Source of the DNA: Candidatus Obscuribacterales bacterium
GTDB lineage: Bacteria; Cyanobacteriota; Vampirovibrionia; Obscuribacterales; Obscuribacteraceae
Direction of reading: 5' to 3'
Length of the DNA: 64,000 nucleotides
NCBI GenBank assembly: GCA_965228855.1
Contig: CBDDIJ010000005.1
Span: 896,001-960,000 of the forward strand
The notes under the pieces are model-generated. The model was not told the origin of the DNA. It saw only the letters and a list, made by a program, of their open reading frames with translations, and searched no databases. Positions 20,973-30,830 of this stretch are shown here, piece by piece. Position 1 is the first letter of the stretch; the number at the start of each line of letters is the position of its first letter. The position numbers and the translations under genes were made by a program.

Positions 20973-21413
20973 TTAATGAGTAACTTCGCTCTGTTTGTCT
21001 TCATCCAAGACTCTTAGAAAGAGTTCCGGGTTTACAATCTGCGTGCCGCGATGGTGTTTTAGAGGAAGTAGATGCTTTGCGTCAAGTGACACCAGGTAAT
21101 CCGCTGCACCTTCCTGAGCCGCGGCTAACAGCATGTTATCGTCCGGATCCACATCGTCCAGTCGATAAACCACGTGGGCGCCAGGGATATTCAATGCGAT
21201 TCTTCCAACAACTTCTACAAACTCTAGAATTAGACTGTCAGCTATTCCTCTCTGAACAAGCTTCGCCGCAATTTCTTCAACAATTTGCCTGGACATGATG
21301 AGCTTAAATTCCCCAGCTCGCCATCGTGAAATGATCTGAGAAGACGGTCCCCTACCAGTCCGCGACAGATAGCCCGCCACGAAAACAGAAGTATCTACGA
21401 CAACTTTAAGCAC
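20973..21413 (-). CDS. PIN-domain toxin (VapC-like)
   Basis: VVVDTSVFVA, DPDDNMLLAAA, ADYLVSLDAKHLL, QIVNPELF. Confidence 0.92.
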   Translation of the reverse strand: MLKVVVDTSVFVAGYLSRTGRGPSSQIISRWRAGEFKLIMSRQIVEEIAAKLVQRGIADSLILEFVEVVGRIALNIPGAHVVYRLDDVDPDDNMLLAAAQEGAADYLVSLDAKHLLPLKHHRGTQIVNPELFLRVLDEDKQSEVTH

Positions 21414-21436
21414 TTTCAGACAGCCGTTGTTTTTTG

Positions 21437-21823
21437 CTATCGCATCTGATTTCTGTTCGCGTCATTTTGTATTCGGACTCTCACAGCATCGAACTCGTCC
21501 CAAATTTTCTCCGGGTCAGCGGACGCTGCACCTAATGCGGACTGCAAACCACGCGCGACCAAAAGGCTGGCCTTCTGCCGAGCGTCCGCTGATGGCGGCT
21601 GCTCGGCTACGTCCTCCTCAATTATGAATAGGTCGTTTGGGGTGCAGCGAAAAAAGGCGCAGAGTTTAACTACGGTATTGAACTCGATACCTTTGCTAGC
21701 CCCAGTTTCCAGAGCACTCAGCGTTTTCTGACCAATTCCGGTGGATTCCGAAACCGCTTTTTGACTGAGCCTGCCGTTGATAAATCGCAGGTACGCGAGG
21801 TTGATTTTTAATTGACGTGCCAT
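21437..21823 (-). CDS. XRE/Cro-C1 helix-turn-helix protein, putative antitoxin
   Basis: LSQKAVSESTGIGQKTLSALETG...KLCAFFRCTPNDLF; GGGAG upstream of ATG 21823; directly upstream of the PIN gene. Confidence 0.88.
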   Translation of the reverse strand: MARQLKINLAYLRFINGRLSQKAVSESTGIGQKTLSALETGASKGIEFNTVVKLCAFFRCTPNDLFIIEEDVAEQPPSADARQKASLLVARGLQSALGAASADPEKIWDEFDAVRVRIQNDANRNQMR

Positions 21824-21856
21824 TGTTAAACCACTCCCTATATTCAAATTGTAACA

Positions 21857-21911
21857 CCCAATCAGGTATCAACCAAGCCCCAATAGGGTTCATTTACCCG
21901 CCCAACAGAAA
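21857..21911. promoter_or_regulatory. Three CCCAA(T/C) motifs at a 22-bp period, candidate autoregulatory operators of the TA operon
   Basis: CCCAATCAGGT (21857), CCCAATAGGGT (21879), CCCAACAGAAA (21901), just upstream of the antitoxin start. Confidence 0.4.
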
Positions 21912-22033
21912 CAAATGCGCTGTAGATTCACCTCGTACCCGAACACACGATTTGAGCCACTAGAGTGACAGAGCAGAGCGCGAAAACACTTTCAGATTAG
22001 TAATACAAGGGCTCGTGCTAAAGTGACACTATT

Positions 22034-22732
22034 ATGGTCAAGCACTCTTCGATTTTGATCTTAGCTATGTTCCTCGTTGGATGCTTCTTCTTTCTTGGAC
22101 TGGAGCAAACGCAAAGCCCCCCCAAGAATGAGAAGAGGTGCGCCTTATCTTTTGCCGTCGTCTGCGCGGAGGATGTGCAGCAAGGTAACATTATAAGGGC
22201 TGATCAATTGGATGAACGCGGATTTTCGACTTCCGCTGTTCCAGTCGGCAGCTTGCAGCGAATTGATGAGGTTGCTGGTTCACGGGCACGTCGAAACCTG
22301 CAGCGAAATAGCTTTGTTAGTTTTCGCGACGTTGATCCCGGAACTCAAAGACAGCCTGTTTCCGCCTATCGCGCCATTTCAGACATCCGAGAAGGAGAAG
22401 AACTCTCGATAGCCAACTCAGAGCTCATCAAATCTCAAACAGTTAATCTTCCGCAAACCTATCTGCGTCCATCTTACATTGGCATTCGGACTGTGCACGC
22501 TATTCGCGCCATCAAATGCGGTGCCTTTCTGAGTTTTGACGATACGGACCTTCCCGAAGGTTCTTTGGCCGGTTCACCCCAAAAGCAAATTCAGGTTTCA
22601 GCCAAACCAGTAAAAACAATTTCGGAGGAAGATAAGCTGCGTTTGTCGCGAGAATACCTGCGAACCATACCTCGCAATACCCAGAATCGATCGACAAAAA
22701 ATCTTGACCATGGACAAATCGAAGGCATTTAA
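22034..22732 (+). CDS. Membrane-anchored protein with tandem SAF (beta-clip) domains
   Basis: N-terminal hydrophobic helix; VVCAEDVQQGNIIRADQL...GSRARRNLQRN and RAISDIREGEELS...AIRAIKCG. Confidence 0.7.
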   Translation: MVKHSSILILAMFLVGCFFFLGLEQTQSPPKNEKRCALSFAVVCAEDVQQGNIIRADQLDERGFSTSAVPVGSLQRIDEVAGSRARRNLQRNSFVSFRDVDPGTQRQPVSAYRAISDIREGEELSIANSELIKSQTVNLPQTYLRPSYIGIRTVHAIRAIKCGAFLSFDDTDLPEGSLAGSPQKQIQVSAKPVKTISEEDKLRLSREYLRTIPRNTQNRSTKNLDHGQIEGI

Positions 22733-22831
22733 GAGGGGTTGGTGATCGTCAGCGAAGATTTGGGATACAGATTTCCGCTAGAATAGAACCCAGGCATCGA
22801 CTTCGCGCAGTGAAACTAAACGAAGAAAACC

Positions 22832-23500
22832 ATGATTAGAGCGACGACAACGGTCAAACGATCACATTGGCGACGACACATCGATATCGGTGTGCTTGTT
22901 CTCGCCGCATTGCTCATCGGAGCTCCACCAGCGAGTTCGGGCAGTTCCGACTGGACGATTTCAATTTCCACGAAGCACATTGAAAAATGCCTGGACTATC
23001 CGGATTCAAAACTGCAACCGCTCATAAGAGCACGAATTCAGTTTGAGCAAGGTCTGGCAAAATTGTCCCCTGAAGAAAACGTTCTTGCCGAAGCCGGGTA
23101 CATTTCGGAAAAGCAGGTTCCCGATACGGTTTACGAGGACATTTTCTACGCTCAGACACGAGCGCTCGGACTGCATAGATATAACGAACTTGGAATCAGG
23201 CCAGGCACTCCAGGTGTGATTAAGATTACATCGATTGGCGAAGGACATTTGCGCGACCAAGAGGCATTCGCTGCAGCTAATGCAACGGCAAGAGTCTTCC
23301 TGGACGCAGCTCTCAAGAAATCGGCCCTGCGCTCAATATTCGTGCCGCGCGACAATTTTGATTTGTATACGCAAGGGCTTCAGCGCTATGGATTTCGCCC
23401 GGTGACGGTAAGTATGGACGCACCACTTTCGGTATCATTTATGGTAAGCGTTCAGTCTAACCCGGCAGGACGTAAACTATATTTGGGCTACGGATTTTGA
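22832..23500 (+). CDS. Hypothetical exported protein
   Basis: 222-aa ORF with a signal-like hydrophobic stretch; its stop overlaps the next start (TTGA). Confidence 0.7.
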   Translation: MIRATTTVKRSHWRRHIDIGVLVLAALLIGAPPASSGSSDWTISISTKHIEKCLDYPDSKLQPLIRARIQFEQGLAKLSPEENVLAEAGYISEKQVPDTVYEDIFYAQTRALGLHRYNELGIRPGTPGVIKITSIGEGHLRDQEAFAAANATARVFLDAALKKSALRSIFVPRDNFDLYTQGLQRYGFRPVTVSMDAPLSVSFMVSVQSNPAGRKLYLGYGF

Positions 23501-24426
23501 GGTACGTCTCAGTGAACTTGCTTGCTAGACGCTTGAAGAATCGCAGAGCCGGAGCTATTCTCCTGTTAATCGTTGCCGTTGGGTTTATGGTGCTCGCAAC
23601 AGGTTTTATCGTAATTTGTTTTTATATGGTGCTCAGCCAGCAAGGACGTGACAGCAGTCAAACTGATGCGCACGCACTGCGTTTCGCCTCAGAGATCAAC
23701 GGTCAAGACTGGGTGGGCGAGATTAATAACATGACCGGTTTTGCTCGTGAACTGGTCTTTACTTCACGCCAGGAATGCCAACAGGTCAGTAGAGAGTGTC
23801 CGCAGTTCAACGGACTGGCGAAACAACTTCTTGACGAAGCCAGACTCTCTTCCATGCAAGTCGAGGCCGACAAACGCACACTGTTGAAAGACATCGACGC
23901 ATCAGTGAAAGTCGCGCTCAGGAACGCGGAGCAAGAGCAAAAGAGAAAGCGCGGACTAGCGCTTGCTTGGTTTTCGACGGAGCCGTCTCAATTGGAAAGC
24001 GTCGAGCTTGGCTTCATGGATGGAGTGTCAAGCAACGTTATAGCACCAGTAGCGATACCAGAGCTAAAGGCGTTCGATATCGCCTCGAAGTCACTGGACG
24101 AAAAAAGCGGTTTTTACAACGGCAATATTAACGCGAAGCTGCCTGAACCGGACAACGATTTAGATTTCCGAATCTGCTCACTTCCAGCATGTGTTAAGAC
24201 GACTGTATCGCCGGCCCGGCTTGCAAGCAACGATGAGTTTCGAACGCTACTCACGTTGCAGGCGGGCAAGACAACAGATTTTTCGAAATGCGAACAGCTG
24301 CCTTCAGCTGTCAGAGTTCATTCAGCAATGAATGTTTCCACCACCGCCGGAGGCAAGACTGCAGCAGGCCGAGTTAGAATATCATCAACCGTCGCAGCGG
24401 CCGGTGGTACAATGAAGTTACCCTGA
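23497..24426 (+). CDS. TadG/TadE-like pseudopilin-type protein
   Basis: Basic leader then G|AILLLIVAVGFMV hydrophobic helix (NRRAG-AI), followed by a QTDAHALRFA helix. The family call is inference. Confidence 0.55.
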   Translation: MRYVSVNLLARRLKNRRAGAILLLIVAVGFMVLATGFIVICFYMVLSQQGRDSSQTDAHALRFASEINGQDWVGEINNMTGFARELVFTSRQECQQVSRECPQFNGLAKQLLDEARLSSMQVEADKRTLLKDIDASVKVALRNAEQEQKRKRGLALAWFSTEPSQLESVELGFMDGVSSNVIAPVAIPELKAFDIASKSLDEKSGFYNGNINAKLPEPDNDLDFRICSLPACVKTTVSPARLASNDEFRTLLTLQAGKTTDFSKCEQLPSAVRVHSAMNVSTTAGGKTAAGRVRISSTVAAAGGTMKLP

Positions 24427-24436
24427 CGGTGATTCT

Positions 24437-25786
24437 TTGTCGACGCCCCGTGAACGTCAAAAAACTCTTCAAATTGATGGTCGAAGGATGAGATCTGGCA
24501 TGGCATCAGGAAAGCTTGTGAAAACATTTTGGTTCGGCTTTAAACGCCCTCAAGGCGCGTTGATCGCACTTTCGGTTGTTCTGACAGGAGCAGTAGTCGT
24601 TCCCCAATCAGCGGCAGCAAAGAAGATACCCCCTGGGCAGAGTGTTCTCGTCGTGAGCCGACCGCAGTGCGACATTGAAAAGTTCAAAGAGCGCCTAAAG
24701 AAACGCGGTTTGATCATAGTTAACGAAATCAGATCCGAGACGGAAGGCTTTGGTATTTTTGAAGTTCAATCGCAGAAAGCCTCACCGCAAGCTACTCTAG
24801 CTAACGTAAGAAATTCCGGCGATGTCGATTTAGAAGGGGCCGAAATTAAGTTCGCATCGAAGTTTCTTCAATGCACACCGTCGATCAACGATCCGGAATT
24901 CGCGTCGCAATTGCATTTGCAACAACTGAATTTTTCAGAGATGCGATGCTTGCTTGATGCAATGAGTATTTCTCAAGTCGTTCAGCCTAGAATCACTGTT
25001 CTTGATTCTGGTGTAGCTCCGATCACAAACGAGATGACGAATATTCAGCAATTCAATTTTGTCGGTGGACTAAACGGAGTTTCCGAGTCGCCATTCGACA
25101 CAGGAATTCATGGAACGGCTGTAACGGCAATTGCGGCAACTGCGACAAACAATGCGATTTTGTACACTGGCTTAGCGTCGCACTCCAACCCATCAGTAAA
25201 AGTAGTCTCATGCCGTGTAGGTGACGCAACTACCGGCGTCATAGACACGCTGGATGTTCTCAGAGCACTAACCTGGTGCGTCGACAATCAGGCTGCCCGA
25301 GGCGGAATGGGTGTGATCAACCTCAGTATCAATAATCCGGCTCCACCGTTTTTTAATGGATCACCCGCGGTGCAAGCCATTGCTAAGGCGCTTGCGAAGC
25401 ACAAAGACTTCCTCGTCAATGGTGCAGGCAACAATCCGGTTTTGGATCCGAGCAAGAATCTCAAATACATAAGAAGAGTCGGCGGAATTGATGAAAACGA
25501 TCTGTATTGGTCGAATTCTACCTTTGGTACATTCAAATCAGTTTGTCCATCAGTAAACATTCGCATCCATAACACCTCCACAGGCTCTCCTATGGTGACC
25601 TCCGGCACATCTCTTGCTGCGCCAATGTGGTCGGGCACCATCGCGCTATTGATGAGCCTCAACCCGAAACTTACCCCTGCAAATGCGGACAAACTCATCT
25701 ACAAGACAGGCAGAGAAACATCGCAAAAATATATTGTTCCGGACCTTCGAGCCGCGGTGATTAAAGCGTTAAAGCTGAGACCGTAG
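24437..25786 (+). CDS. Subtilisin-like S8 serine peptidase
   Basis: Catalytic motifs ITVLDSGV, HGTAVTAIA, GAGN, SGTSLAAP. The true start may be a later ATG. Confidence 0.9.
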   Translation: MSTPRERQKTLQIDGRRMRSGMASGKLVKTFWFGFKRPQGALIALSVVLTGAVVVPQSAAAKKIPPGQSVLVVSRPQCDIEKFKERLKKRGLIIVNEIRSETEGFGIFEVQSQKASPQATLANVRNSGDVDLEGAEIKFASKFLQCTPSINDPEFASQLHLQQLNFSEMRCLLDAMSISQVVQPRITVLDSGVAPITNEMTNIQQFNFVGGLNGVSESPFDTGIHGTAVTAIAATATNNAILYTGLASHSNPSVKVVSCRVGDATTGVIDTLDVLRALTWCVDNQAARGGMGVINLSINNPAPPFFNGSPAVQAIAKALAKHKDFLVNGAGNNPVLDPSKNLKYIRRVGGIDENDLYWSNSTFGTFKSVCPSVNIRIHNTSTGSPMVTSGTSLAAPMWSGTIALLMSLNPKLTPANADKLIYKTGRETSQKYIVPDLRAAVIKALKLRP

Positions 25787-26053
25787 CAGCAAGAGATTTT
25801 CGTTAAAAATTTTAGAGAATCCTCGAAGTGATCTAGAAGGAAATAATTCCCTTTGTCTTCTACACCTGCAATTTTTTATCACCCTAACGGCGGATTGTGT
25901 TTAGCAAACGTACGATGCTAAAACAAAAACAGGTCATCTCAACCAATGCCCTCTCAAACACGCCATGCTCAAAGGCGTGCTGGGCAGATCACGCAGTTAT
26001 ACGAAGACTTAGCCCACCTGGCCGAAGATTCCCAATCCGCTTGGAGCAGATGT

Positions 26054-27415
26054 ATGAACACACCTACAACATCAACTCAGGAAACTAATTTACCGGACCT
26101 CAAGGTTGCACAACTGTGGGCAGATACTACGTTTAACCGTCTCCTGTCACTTTGGGACGAGGGACTCAACGATGCTGCGAATAATCGTGGTTGGCTGTGG
26201 GATGATTTCTGGAAGGCCGGTAATACGCTCGATTGCGTATTGAATTATCTGGTTGTTCGACAACCAGATAACACGAAAGTCATCGCTCCGGATCTATTGA
26301 ACCGAAGCTTAACCAATCTCTTCGATAAGTTGCATTATCCGAGCAATCCATACCATTGGCGAGACGATTATGGATGGTGGGGCAATGCCTTGATGACCGC
26401 ATATACTAACGCAGACGCGTTGGGAATCGAAGCGAAACCCGAGCTAAAGGAACGTTGTCTGAAAGCAGCAATCGATGAATGTTGGAACAAGTTGAAAGAA
26501 AATGCCGAAGACAATCGGGATTATAAATCTCCCTTCGGTCGTTCGATGTTTGGAGAAGGTTATGCGGCTTGGAACGACCATAATGCTCACGATTACGAGT
26601 ACAACGAAAGCGGTTCGCCTCGCCAGAAGCCCGAAGAGACTTACATGCCGGTACCCAATTCGGTAACAAATTTCGGATTCTGGGCGCTCTCGATTAAACT
26701 GTTCGAGGAACTCGACAAGAACGATTCCCATAGCAAATACCTCCAGTCCATGCGTGACACAACCGATTGGTTGAATACCTACGATTCACGCAACATGATG
26801 TTCAATCACTGCGATCTTATAAACGAGACTCCGAATCCCGAGGCGCACAAATACTGGTGTGCCGTCGATAACGGTAGACGGGATAGAGCATGGACAGCGG
26901 ACCAGGGCGCTTTCTTGTACTGCGTTCTTAAAACCCTGCAGAATGAGCCACCTAATTCGCCTCGCCGAAAAATCCTAGGAGGATGGCTCGAACGATTTGC
27001 TATCGGTTTCTTGAAGGGATCCAATACCTTGATTGACAAAAACAAGGTATTACGTGAATACGATTTCAATCCTCCAGTGAGGAACGATGACAATTCAAGC
27101 AACTTTAACGACAACTATTGCACTGGACCTGGCGTGTTGATGCGCTACCTCGGCTACGCAATGCCGATGCTTACTGTCACTGAGCTGAAGCCGTATTTCA
27201 CCGAAGTAATCAGTGCCAGCGCTGAAAGCGCTTGGAACTGCAAATTGGCCGAAGATCAAATTCGCTGCTGGTGGGATAAGTATTTAGAGAATACCAATTA
27301 CTTTTCATACTTCACTCAGAGTTCGGGGGGCAAACGAACTTTGTGGGATTTTGCATTTCAAACCGCCGCACTAGATCTATTTGTAGCGCAGCTCCGGTTG
27401 TATCAGCTTCGCTGA
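26054..27415 (+). CDS. Glycoside hydrolase family 76-like (alpha/alpha)6-barrel protein
   Basis: FWKAGNTLD, WRDDYGWWG (DD pair), NSVTN, WTADQG, GPGVLMRYL. GGAG precedes ATG 26054; the ORF is open from 25946. Confidence 0.7.
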   Translation: MNTPTTSTQETNLPDLKVAQLWADTTFNRLLSLWDEGLNDAANNRGWLWDDFWKAGNTLDCVLNYLVVRQPDNTKVIAPDLLNRSLTNLFDKLHYPSNPYHWRDDYGWWGNALMTAYTNADALGIEAKPELKERCLKAAIDECWNKLKENAEDNRDYKSPFGRSMFGEGYAAWNDHNAHDYEYNESGSPRQKPEETYMPVPNSVTNFGFWALSIKLFEELDKNDSHSKYLQSMRDTTDWLNTYDSRNMMFNHCDLINETPNPEAHKYWCAVDNGRRDRAWTADQGAFLYCVLKTLQNEPPNSPRRKILGGWLERFAIGFLKGSNTLIDKNKVLREYDFNPPVRNDDNSSNFNDNYCTGPGVLMRYLGYAMPMLTVTELKPYFTEVISASAESAWNCKLAEDQIRCWWDKYLENTNYFSYFTQSSGGKRTLWDFAFQTAALDLFVAQLRLYQLR

Positions 27416-27705
27416 GTTGAGATCGAATTCTTTCCTCAGCTCGATTCGACTTATATTCCCTAGGAGACATCGGCGAATCGGTCGGACCCTACTCTCGCGC
27501 CAACGGTGCATTAAGGAAAATCACCAGCGAAAGCAAGACGACTACAACCCGAATCAGTCACGATGAGGTCACAAGCGCGTCATATGCTTACCGCATCGAA
27601 CGCTCACTCTTCATTCCTATAAACAAACATTTTAAACTCACTCGTTTCATCGACCAGGCACGCAATGAGTGCTGGTGCGGATGACGTTACTTTTGGAGCA
27701 ATACT

Positions 27706-28434
27706 ATGGGACAAAACCACTTCGATGCGGACATAAAGTCCGCAGGTCTTACGACGGAACAATCAAGAAAGGTTCTCGATAATCATCGTGTTGAATCGCG
27801 GGACAAGTTTGTTTCGGATGCACTTGCTCCCACCGCAGACTCGCTTGGACAACGCCTACTGACTGTGACTAGAGAGGCCGCAAATCAGGTTCCCCAAGCT
27901 TTTGTAAATTCCCTTGATGCAAAAAATATTCTGCCGAACGTCGCAATCGGTTTCGGCTTAGGTGCGATATCAAAGACTGTTTTACCGGAAACCGGACCGG
28001 TTGGAAAGGCTGCTGGAGCTGCGCTTGGGGCTTGGTTTGTAGGCAAACCGGTCGTCGAATCCTATTACATGGCGGCCACGGCTAGAACGAACGCAGACAT
28101 GGCCAAAGCATCACATCACCTTGCTGAAACCATTGGTGGTGCGCCGGTCGCAATAGCTGAAGGTGCTCTAGGCGCAAAGCTTGGAGCCATGGCTACCGGG
28201 AAGGTATTGGGAACCGCAGCTGCTGATTCGTTTATGTTATGGAAAGGCAAACAGTGGGGAACGCGGGATGTAGTAGCAGGCAAAGACATAGCGAGCAAGT
28301 GGGAAATTACTTCGCGCGACAACGCATATGGCGGGAAGCCCTTTGATCTCGATGTGCATTTGCAAACCGAGCGTGGGCACGGTCCGAACTATTTCCTTTT
28401 CCAGGCGAACCCAAAGAATACAGGAATCCGGTGA
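27706..28434 (+). CDS. Hypothetical protein with Gly/Ala-rich hydrophobic hairpins
   Basis: GGAG before the ATG; NVAIGFGLGAISKTVLPETGPVGKAAGAALGAWFV glycine-zipper-like region. Confidence 0.7.
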   Translation: MGQNHFDADIKSAGLTTEQSRKVLDNHRVESRDKFVSDALAPTADSLGQRLLTVTREAANQVPQAFVNSLDAKNILPNVAIGFGLGAISKTVLPETGPVGKAAGAALGAWFVGKPVVESYYMAATARTNADMAKASHHLAETIGGAPVAIAEGALGAKLGAMATGKVLGTAAADSFMLWKGKQWGTRDVVAGKDIASKWEITSRDNAYGGKPFDLDVHLQTERGHGPNYFLFQANPKNTGIR

Positions 28435-28473
28435 CATCAAAGAGAAAACGCGGACTAGCGCTCGTCCAAAGAA

Positions 28474-29385
28474 TCAGCGCTTGCTGACCGTCGATAACTC
28501 TTGTGCCGCTTCAGTCAGGGCCGCATTATGTTCTTTGCTTTCTGCCCCGGAAGATTCCGGAAGCGATTCGCTGACTGCCACCGCCTGCGGTGACATCTCA
28601 GACTGAACTTCATCTCCGTCTACGCCAGTCTCGGCAGGTACGGGATCTTTCGGAAGGCGGATGTTTTTGACCAGCCCCAGCGGTTTCAAAACAGAAAGAA
28701 CACACCATGAAAAATCGAATTCGAGAGGCTTGAGCCCGTGTCTGGCCGATTGTGGAAATTTGTGGTGGTTGTTATGCCAGCCTTCGCCGAATGATGCCAT
28801 TGCTACAAACCATACATTCCGACTGAGCTCCGGAGTGTCATAGTTACGGTAGCCGAATTGCGGCAGGTGGCAGATGGAATTGACCAGGAGCGGGCCGATA
28901 AAGGCACCGAGCGATCCGAGCAGATTGCCTGCGAATGCCCAGGGACCAAAGATGGCGAGGATAGCTAGACGAAAGACGACATTGATTGCGAGGCAAAGAT
29001 AGCCGTCTCGACCGCCTCCTCCGGCATGCAAGAAGCGATAGTATGGATCTCTAAACAGGTCGGGGCATACAACCTTGTACTGGTCTTCATCGATGATTAC
29101 GACCGGCTTGGACATCCAGCCAAGAATAGAATGCCATAGCCCGTCTCTGGGCGTATGGGGATCTTTCCCCGGAACGTCAGAATAGCGGTGATGCAGACGG
29201 TGAGAGGCCACCCAGAATATGGGACCACCCTCAAAAACCAGGTATCCACCAGTTACGAAGAAGTATTCGAGCAGACGGGGAAGCTTGAACGAGCGATGCG
29301 AGAGTCCCCGGTGATAGCCTATAGAAATGCCAAGCAAGCCCCACGTATAGGACAAGATGAGAGAGACCAGAAATATTTCCATCAT
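28474..29385 (-). CDS. Fatty acid (delta-9-type, DesC/Ole1-like) membrane desaturase
   Basis: Three His boxes: YHRGLSH, HRLHH, GEGWHNNHH. Confidence 0.93.
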   Translation of the reverse strand: MMEIFLVSLILSYTWGLLGISIGYHRGLSHRSFKLPRLLEYFFVTGGYLVFEGGPIFWVASHRLHHRYSDVPGKDPHTPRDGLWHSILGWMSKPVVIIDEDQYKVVCPDLFRDPYYRFLHAGGGGRDGYLCLAINVVFRLAILAIFGPWAFAGNLLGSLGAFIGPLLVNSICHLPQFGYRNYDTPELSRNVWFVAMASFGEGWHNNHHKFPQSARHGLKPLEFDFSWCVLSVLKPLGLVKNIRLPKDPVPAETGVDGDEVQSEMSPQAVAVSESLPESSGAESKEHNAALTEAAQELSTVSKR

Positions 29386-29698
29386 GCGAACCCCATGTGC
29401 TTGCGCTTGGAATCATACCAGTTAGAGGCTTGTTCGAGGCCTTGGTGGCGGTGACAAGTAGCTTTTCTTATCTGCAGTGTAACCCAGCAATCAACCGGAG
29501 TGCTCACCGGCTCCCGTCATTAGACAAATGCCCCGGCACATTTACTCGGTTTAACCTCTTAACAGTAGTCATCATTGATGTTTAATCACAATCTGTAGGA
29601 CTAAACACTTTGATGCGATGGACTTGAAACCCGTCTACATCCGCCTGTTCGTGAAATGACACCTGCATAAAACTCAAGATAAGTTCCGTGGATAGAGC

Positions 29699-29725
29699 GG
29701 GGGTGGGGGTGGGGGTGGGGGTGGG
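29699..29725 (+). repeat. (GGGGGT)4GGG tandem repeat / G-quadruplex motif
   Basis: Four G5 runs and one G3 run separated by single T; intergenic. Confidence 0.9.
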
Positions 29726-29915
29726 CGCTGGCAATTCAAGAACCAGTGCCTACAGCGTTTTTCAACATCGTTCCGTTCGGAAGTATAGGAAATTGAACGG
29801 TCCCAGCGGCACACGTCAACTAGCGTTCTGCATCGCGGTAATAATAAGGAATCGGCAGGAAGAAGACTTCTAGACAGCCATCTCCTTTTCGATGCTTTCC
29901 CATATCATCAGCTAA

Positions 29916-30455
29916 TCAACCGGGCTGGTGATAGTCCTCAGCAATAAGCAGTTCAAATGATGGGGCTAGGGTCTTAATCGCCTTTATCTTCGAGCGCTGC
30001 AATAGCAATTCGTGATCAAGCCTGACGATTTCAAAGTCGTTCGCAGAGGTTCGTTTGTTCGTGTTAAAACAAACCGGATCATAACGGTCATACGCGAAAG
30101 CAAATTGTATGTAACCATTCTGAAGGCAGGGAGTAACAAGATTCTCGTCCTTAAAAATCTCGCCCAAAAACCCAGAAAGATCTGGTTTATCGTCCGTGCT
30201 GTCTAAAAGCCGAAACCCGCCGTAGAGCCAGAGGGAAGACCACCGATAGTTCAGCAATAGTTTCTCGAAGAGGACTGGAAACTTGGCTGGAAGTCGAGAA
30301 TAGATTTCGCGCAGCGATTCCCTCTCCGTCAGATGACGGACAATAATAGATTCCTCATCGTCCTCGAAGCAGGAAATAAAGTAATCAATTTTTTGATCGT
30401 CCGAGAGCACTTTACCTCGCAATTCTTCGGTGTTTCGATGGTTCGGTTCTATCAT
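29916..30455 (-). CDS. SMI1/KNR4 (SUKH)-like protein
   Basis: RLPAKFPVLFEKLLLNY, GYIQFA...YDPVCFNT, EIVRLDHE, LAPSFELLI. Confidence 0.7.
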   Translation of the reverse strand: MIEPNHRNTEELRGKVLSDDQKIDYFISCFEDDEESIIVRHLTERESLREIYSRLPAKFPVLFEKLLLNYRWSSLWLYGGFRLLDSTDDKPDLSGFLGEIFKDENLVTPCLQNGYIQFAFAYDRYDPVCFNTNKRTSANDFEIVRLDHELLLQRSKIKAIKTLAPSFELLIAEDYHQPG

Positions 30456-30522
30456 TCATCCATGCGAGTGAACTATTCTCGCTTTTAGATCTCCAGCTAA
30501 AGTTGCTACTGATCGGTCAGAT

Positions 30523-30706
30523 TTAACTCTTCGGTCCTCGCTTGATCACTGTCACAAAGACACCCCAAACAACTAAAGCCATAAGCGAACAAATCACGAG
30601 TACTATACTCTGGACAATCAGATAATCAATTTTTTGATTACTCGTAATCCAGAGGACTCCAGTCAGAATGTGAAAATCCAATGACTAATAGCGCGATTCT
30701 AATCAC
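30523..30706 (-). pseudogene. Possible remnant of a small membrane-protein gene
   Basis: Hydrophobic segments VIRIALLVIG, ILTGVLWITS and ILVICSLMALVVWGVFVTVIKR lie in successive different frames. Confidence 0.3.
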
Positions 30707-30830
30707 GTGTTTCCTCGAACAACTGCGGAGTTTCCATTCGATTCTATCATCAACCTGAATAGTCCCGGACCAGAACCGTGCTGGTTTCGCCAATCTGTAG
30801 TGCGGGGTCTCCTCGCACTATCGTGAATGA

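Noticed and set aside
29688..29873. 61-aa ORF with a GVGVGV repeat
   Set aside because: Translation by-product of the (GGGGGT)n tract; no RBS or homology evidence.
30382..30638. Identical 16-mer TAATCAATTTTTTGAT at 30382 and 30623
   Set aside because: AT-rich, and one copy is inside a CDS. There is no mobile element between the copies, so I cannot call it a target duplication or operator.
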